Positions 37,496 through 41,648 of a DNA stretch of 41,648 nt are shown piece after piece. Source of the DNA: Giesbergeria sp. (lineage in GTDB: Bacteria; Pseudomonadota; Gammaproteobacteria; Burkholderiales; Burkholderiaceae_C); NCBI GenBank assembly GCA_017988165.1, contig JAGNSH010000001.1, positions 1-41,648 on the forward strand. Direction: 5' to 3'. The notes under the pieces are model-generated. The model saw only the letters and a list, made by a program, of their open reading frames with translations. It was not told where the DNA came from and searched no databases. Numbering within the stretch: position 1 is the stretch's first letter; each line of letters starts with the position of its first letter. Both the position numbers and the translations under genes were made by a program.

Positions 37496-39046
37496 ATGAA
37501 GCCGATTTGGTTGGTAGATGACGATCCCTCGATCCGCTTTGTGCTGGAAAAAGCCTTGGCGCGCGAGCAACTGCCCACGCGCAGCTTCAGCCACCCGCAA
37601 GAGGTGTTAGCGGCGCTGGCCCAAGTGGCGCCAGACGGTGCAGACAGCGCAAACAGCGCAAACAGCCCAGACGCCGCCGCAGTCGGGCCACAAGTGCTGG
37701 TGAGCGACATCCGAATGCCCGGCAGCTCGGGGCTGGATTTGCTGGAGCAAGTCCACGCCTTGCAGCCGGGCCTGCCGGTGATCATCATGACGGCCTACTC
37801 TGACCTAGACAGCGCCGTCTCGGCCTTTCAGCGCGGCGCGTTTGAATACCTGCCCAAACCGTTTGACGTGCATAAAGCGGTAGCGCTGATTCGCCGTGCG
37901 GTGCAAGAAAGCCAGCGCGAAGAAGTGGCGCAAGACAGCCCGGTGGCCAGCACCGAAATGCTGGGCCAAGCGCCGGCCATGCAGGACGTGTTTCGCGCCA
38001 TTGGCCGCCTGAGCGCCAGCCAAGTGACGGTGCTGATCACCGGCGAGTCGGGCACGGGCAAAGAACTGGTGGCGCGTGCGCTGCACCGGCATTCGCCCGT
38101 CGCTGGTGGGCCGTTTGTCGCCATCAACACCGCCGCTATTCCCAAAGATTTGCTCGAATCAGAACTGTTTGGCCATGAGCGCGGCGCCTTTACCGGCGCC
38201 CAAACGCTGCGCCGTGGCCGCTTTGAGCAGGCCGAGGGCGGCACTTTGTTTTTGGACGAAATTGGCGATATGCCGCTGGACTTGCAGACACGGCTGCTGC
38301 GCGTGCTCTCGGACGGGCAGTTCTACCGTGTCGGTGGCCACAGCAGCGTGGCCTCGCGGGTGCGCGTGATAGCCGCCACCCACCAAAACCTAGAGCTGTG
38401 CGTGCGCGAAGGCAGCTTTCGCGAAGACCTGTTTCACCGCCTGAACGTGATTCGCCTGCGCCTGCCAGCGCTGCGCGACCGCCGTGAAGACATTGCCCTG
38501 TTGACGCGCCATTTTTTGCAGCACAGCGCGCGCCAGTTGGGTGTGCCGGCCAAGCGCATGGCGGACGCCGCGCTGGCGCAGTTGGCGCAGTTTGAGTTTC
38601 CTGGCAACGTGCGCCAGTTAGAAAATATTTGCCACTGGCTGACGGTGATGGCGCCAGCGCTGGTGGTGTCGCAGCAAGACCTGCCGCCCGAGGTGCTGGC
38701 CAGCAGCTACGGCCAGTTTTTGGCGCCCGATCCGCAGAGCTCCGCCGTGGCCGCAGCGCCGGACTTGGCGTTGGCGGCGCTGGCTGTGCCAACGCCGCCG
38801 CTGGACGCCCCGTGGGAAGCGGCGCTGGCCGCGCAGGTGCAAACACTGCTGGCGGCACAGCAGCCGCACTTGTGGGAGCTGCTGACGCACCGCTTTGAGG
38901 CGCAACTGATCACCAGCGCCCTGCACGCCACCCAAGGCCGGCGCATGGAGGCGGCGCAGCGTTTGGGCCTAGGGCGCAACACCCTTACGCGCAAAATCCA
39001 AGAATTGGGCTTGGATACTAAAAATAGTGGTGAAAACAGCCTCTAG
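37496..39046 (+). CDS. glnG: Nitrogen regulation response regulator NtrC (sigma54 activator)
   Basis: Receiver motifs VDDD and SDIRMPG, Walker A GESGTGKE, GAFTGA, LFLDEIG, and HTH GLGRNTLTRKI. Confidence 0.97.
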   Translation: MKPIWLVDDDPSIRFVLEKALAREQLPTRSFSHPQEVLAALAQVAPDGADSANSANSPDAAAVGPQVLVSDIRMPGSSGLDLLEQVHALQPGLPVIIMTAYSDLDSAVSAFQRGAFEYLPKPFDVHKAVALIRRAVQESQREEVAQDSPVASTEMLGQAPAMQDVFRAIGRLSASQVTVLITGESGTGKELVARALHRHSPVAGGPFVAINTAAIPKDLLESELFGHERGAFTGAQTLRRGRFEQAEGGTLFLDEIGDMPLDLQTRLLRVLSDGQFYRVGGHSSVASRVRVIAATHQNLELCVREGSFREDLFHRLNVIRLRLPALRDRREDIALLTRHFLQHSARQLGVPAKRMADAALAQLAQFEFPGNVRQLENICHWLTVMAPALVVSQQDLPPEVLASSYGQFLAPDPQSSAVAAAPDLALAALAVPTPPLDAPWEAALAAQVQTLLAAQQPHLWELLTHRFEAQLITSALHATQGRRMEAAQRLGLGRNTLTRKIQELGLDTKNSGENSL

Positions 39047-39086
39047 CCCTTATGCAGCAAGCGCTTGTAGCTATTAAATAAATAGT
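39039..39086 (+). repeat. Dispersed ~48-bp repeat, copy overlapping the ntrC stop codon
   Basis: GCCTCTAGCCCTTATGCAGCAAGCGCTTGTAGCTATTAAATAAATAGT. Confidence 0.88.
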
Positions 39087-39111
39087 ATGTTGCGGCTTGT
39101 AGTCTGCTGGC

Positions 39112-39891
39112 TCAGGCAGTCAGCGTCACCACCACCGGTGCGTGGTCGCTGGGCTGGGGGTTTTTGCGCGGCGCACGGTCAATCTGGCAGGCGCTGACGC
39201 TGCTGTGCAGCGCGGCGCTGACCAGGATGTGGTCAATGCGCAATCCCCGGTTTTTTTGAAACCCCAACATTCGGTAATCCCACCATGAGTAGCTTTTCTC
39301 GGGCTGCTCAAACAGCCGATAAGCGTCTGTCAACCCCAGCGCCAGCAGCGCCTCAAAATGCGCTCGCTCCTCGGGCGTGTGGTGGATGCTGCCTTGCAGG
39401 CCGACCGGGTCGTAAGAGTCGCGGTCTTCGGGCGCGACGTTGAAGTCGCCCACCAACACCAAGCGCGGGTGTGCGACCAGTTCCGCCTTCACCTGTGCGT
39501 GCAGGGCCTCCAGCCAGCGCATCTTGTAGGCAAATTTTTCGCTGCCCGGCTCCTGCCCATTGACAAAATACCCGTTCACCACCCGCAACGGCCCCTGTGG
39601 CGTCTCCAGTGTGGCCGCGATGACGCGCGCTTGTGGGTCGTCAAAACCGGGGATGTTCTTCACTACGCTGTGCAGCGGCTGGCGGCTGAGCAGGGCGACG
39701 CCGTTATAGGTTTTCTGCCCAAAAAAAGCCGCGTGGTAGCCGGCGGCCAGCAACGGTTCGACCGGAAAATTCTCGTCGCTGAGTTTCAGCTCTTGCAAGC
39801 ACAGTACCTCCACCGGATTGGCTGTAAGCCAGTCCAGCACCTGCGGCAGGCGTACTTTGAGGGAGTTGACGTTCCAGGTGGCGATTTGCAT
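39112..39891 (-). CDS. xth: Exodeoxyribonuclease III / AP endonuclease
   Basis: Motifs MQIATWNVNS, LQELK, YNGVA, GDFNVA, SWWDYR, RIDHIL and SDHAPV. Confidence 0.96.
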   Translation of the reverse strand: MQIATWNVNSLKVRLPQVLDWLTANPVEVLCLQELKLSDENFPVEPLLAAGYHAAFFGQKTYNGVALLSRQPLHSVVKNIPGFDDPQARVIAATLETPQGPLRVVNGYFVNGQEPGSEKFAYKMRWLEALHAQVKAELVAHPRLVLVGDFNVAPEDRDSYDPVGLQGSIHHTPEERAHFEALLALGLTDAYRLFEQPEKSYSWWDYRMLGFQKNRGLRIDHILVSAALHSSVSACQIDRAPRKNPQPSDHAPVVVTLTA

Positions 39892-39960
39892 GGCAGATGA
39901 GGTCAGTAAGGCAGAAACCATCGATGGTAGCCGCCGACTGCGGCGATTTTTTGCTATAAA

Positions 39961-39988
39961 AGCGTTATAACTAAACGTATACTTCGCT
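39961..39988. promoter_or_regulatory. Putative ModE operator upstream of modA
   Basis: AGCGTTATAAC-TAAACG-TATACTTCGCT resembles CGnTATATA-N6-TATATAnCG. Confidence 0.65.
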
Positions 39989-40027
39989 ATTGTTTTTCGC
40001 AATCCACTGTTTTGAAAGCGTGTCCTT

Positions 40028-40786
40028 ATGTCTTACCGTCCCGTAAAAAGTGCATTTGCTGTTCTTGTTTTGTCTGCTGCGGTGGGTGCCACTTGGGCGG
40101 GGGAGGTGACGGTGTCGGCCGCCGCCAGCCTGACCAACGCCTTCAAAGACATTGCCCAAAGCTACGAGGCGCAAAACCCCGGCACCAAGGTGCTGCTGAA
40201 TTTTGGCGCGTCGGGCGCGTTGTTGCAGCAGATGGCCAAGGGTGCGCCGGTGGATGTGTTTGCCTCGGCAGACCAAGAAACCATGGACAAGGCGCAAAAA
40301 GAAGGCTTGGTGCTGGCCGCTGACCGCAAAGATTTTGTGCGCAACAAGCTGGTGCTGATTGTTCCGACCGACGCCAAACTGGTGCCCGCCAGCCTGAGCG
40401 ACTTGACCCAAACCGGCTACACCCGCGTGGCGATTGCCAACCCGGCCAGCGTGCCCGTGGGTCGCTATTCGCAAACCGCGTTGGAGGCTGCCAAACTCTG
40501 GCCCGCCCTACAGACCAAAGCCGTCAATACGCAAAACGTGCGCCAGTCGCTGGATTACGTGGCGCGTGGTGAGGTCGATGCTGGCTTTGTCTATGCCACC
40601 GACGCCGCCATCATGAAAGACAAGGTCAAAGTGGCGTTTGAGGTGCCACTGCAAACCGTCATCCTCTACCCGATTGCTAAAACCGCCGCCAGCACGCATG
40701 CGGCCGATGCCACCTCGTTTATCAACTACTTGGCCACACCAGCAGCGCAGGACATCTTGGGCAAATACGGCTTTGCCAAACCCTGA
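40028..40786 (+). CDS. modA: Molybdate ABC transporter substrate-binding protein
   Basis: Signal peptide, SAAASL, FGASGAL, DVFASA, NPASVPVGRY and GFVYATDA. Confidence 0.95.
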   Translation: MSYRPVKSAFAVLVLSAAVGATWAGEVTVSAAASLTNAFKDIAQSYEAQNPGTKVLLNFGASGALLQQMAKGAPVDVFASADQETMDKAQKEGLVLAADRKDFVRNKLVLIVPTDAKLVPASLSDLTQTGYTRVAIANPASVPVGRYSQTALEAAKLWPALQTKAVNTQNVRQSLDYVARGEVDAGFVYATDAAIMKDKVKVAFEVPLQTVILYPIAKTAASTHAADATSFINYLATPAAQDILGKYGFAKP

Positions 40787-40823
40787 GCGGTCTGCGCGCA
40801 AGTACTTGAAGGGGCCGTAAAAC

Positions 40824-41498
40824 ATGGACGTGGCCTGGTCAGCGCTGAGTTTGTCGCTGCAAGTAGCGGGATGGGCGACGGCGCTGAACTTGGTGCTGGG
40901 CATTGGCGTGGGCTACCTGCTGGCGCGCACCCGCTTTGTTGGGCGCGATTTACTGGACACCTTACTGACGCTACCGATGGTGATGCCGCCCACGGTGCTG
41001 GGCTACTACCTGCTGGTGCTGCTGGGGCGCAATGGTTGGATTGGCAAATGGCTGCAAGACAGCTTTGGCATCAACCTGATTTTTACCCTCAAAGGCGCGG
41101 TGATTGCTGCCACCATCGTGGCGTTTCCACTGGTATTTAAGCCGGCGCGCGCCGCGTTTGAGGCGATTGACAGCCAGGTCGAAGAAGCTGGCCGCGTGCT
41201 GGGTATTTCTGAAGTTGGCATCTTTTTGCGCATCACGCTGCCGCTGGCGTGGCGCGGCATTTTGGCCGGTGTGCTGCTGGCGTTTGCGCGCGCACTGGGC
41301 GAATTTGGCGCGACGCTGATGGTGGCAGGCAGCATTCCCGGCAAGACACAAACGCTGTCGATTGCCGTTTATGAAGCGGTGCAAGCCGGTCAAGACGAGA
41401 TTGCCAACACGCTGGTGTTGATTACCTCGCTGGTATGCGTGGTGGTGCTGCTCAGTGCTGGCCGCTTGGCACCGGGGCGCGTGGCGCACCGCTCTTGA
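40824..41498 (+). CDS. modB: Molybdate ABC transporter permease
   Basis: LPMVMPPTVLGYYLL and FARALGEFGATLMVAGSIPGKTQT. Confidence 0.95.
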   Translation: MDVAWSALSLSLQVAGWATALNLVLGIGVGYLLARTRFVGRDLLDTLLTLPMVMPPTVLGYYLLVLLGRNGWIGKWLQDSFGINLIFTLKGAVIAATIVAFPLVFKPARAAFEAIDSQVEEAGRVLGISEVGIFLRITLPLAWRGILAGVLLAFARALGEFGATLMVAGSIPGKTQTLSIAVYEAVQAGQDEIANTLVLITSLVCVVVLLSAGRLAPGRVAHRS

Positions 41499-41516
41499 AC
41501 AGACACCGAGAAAACC

Positions 41517-41648
41517 ATGCAGCTCGACATCGACATCCGCAAAACGCTGCGCTCTGGCCAGCGGGTGTTTCAGCTCAACGCGCGTTTTTCTGCCGAGGGC
41601 CAGCGCGTGGTGGTGGTCGGGCCGTCGGGCGCGGGCAAAAGCCAGCTG
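41517..41648 (+). CDS. modC: Molybdate ABC transporter ATPase (5' part, truncated by window edge)
   Basis: Hand translation gives MQLDIDIRKTLRSGQRVFQLNARF...VVVGPSGAGKSQL, containing Walker A; follows modB. Confidence 0.85.
   Translation, partial: MQLDIDIRKTLRSGQRVFQLNARFSAEGQRVVVVGPSGAGKSQL

Noticed and set aside
3289-39086. The repeat family as a CRISPR array
   Set aside because: Copies are kilobases apart, occur in both orientations and have no regular spacers; no cas genes are present.

Overview
Core-chromosome segment of a GC-rich betaproteobacterium; protein styles and gene order suggest Comamonadaceae/Burkholderiales (inference). From left to right it carries: small membrane proteins and cytochrome c551/c552, ilvD, lgt, a malonate module (malonyl-CoA decarboxylase, crotonase-fold protein, matB), a USP, a cbb3 oxidase cluster (ccoI-S-N-O-Q-P-G-H) with an FNR box, rraA, aceA, thrS-infC-rpmI-rplT-pheS-pheT-ihfA-merR, and tRNA-Pro(GGG). 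Directly after the tRNA is the only accessory-looking block: a toxin-first RelE/HigB-type TA pair followed by a translationally coupled Mre11/SbcD-like nuclease and a 1192-aa Rad50/SMC-like ATPase (YhaO/YhaN, SbcEF type). After that come a CinA-like gene, glnA, a Ser-rich secreted protein, ntrBC, xth and modAB plus a truncated modC. The most notable observations are the tRNA-linked TA/nuclease/SMC block and a dispersed ~48-bp repeat family (about 7 copies). One repeat copy is translated inside the crotonase gene, one supplies the ntrC stop codon and one is built into a terminator. Also seen are NtrC enhancer sites embedded in coding sequence, a structured infC-rpmI leader, a probable non-canonical infC start, a low-GC cco segment and many short in-frame tandem expansions. 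All calls come from motif recognition by eye; no database search was run.
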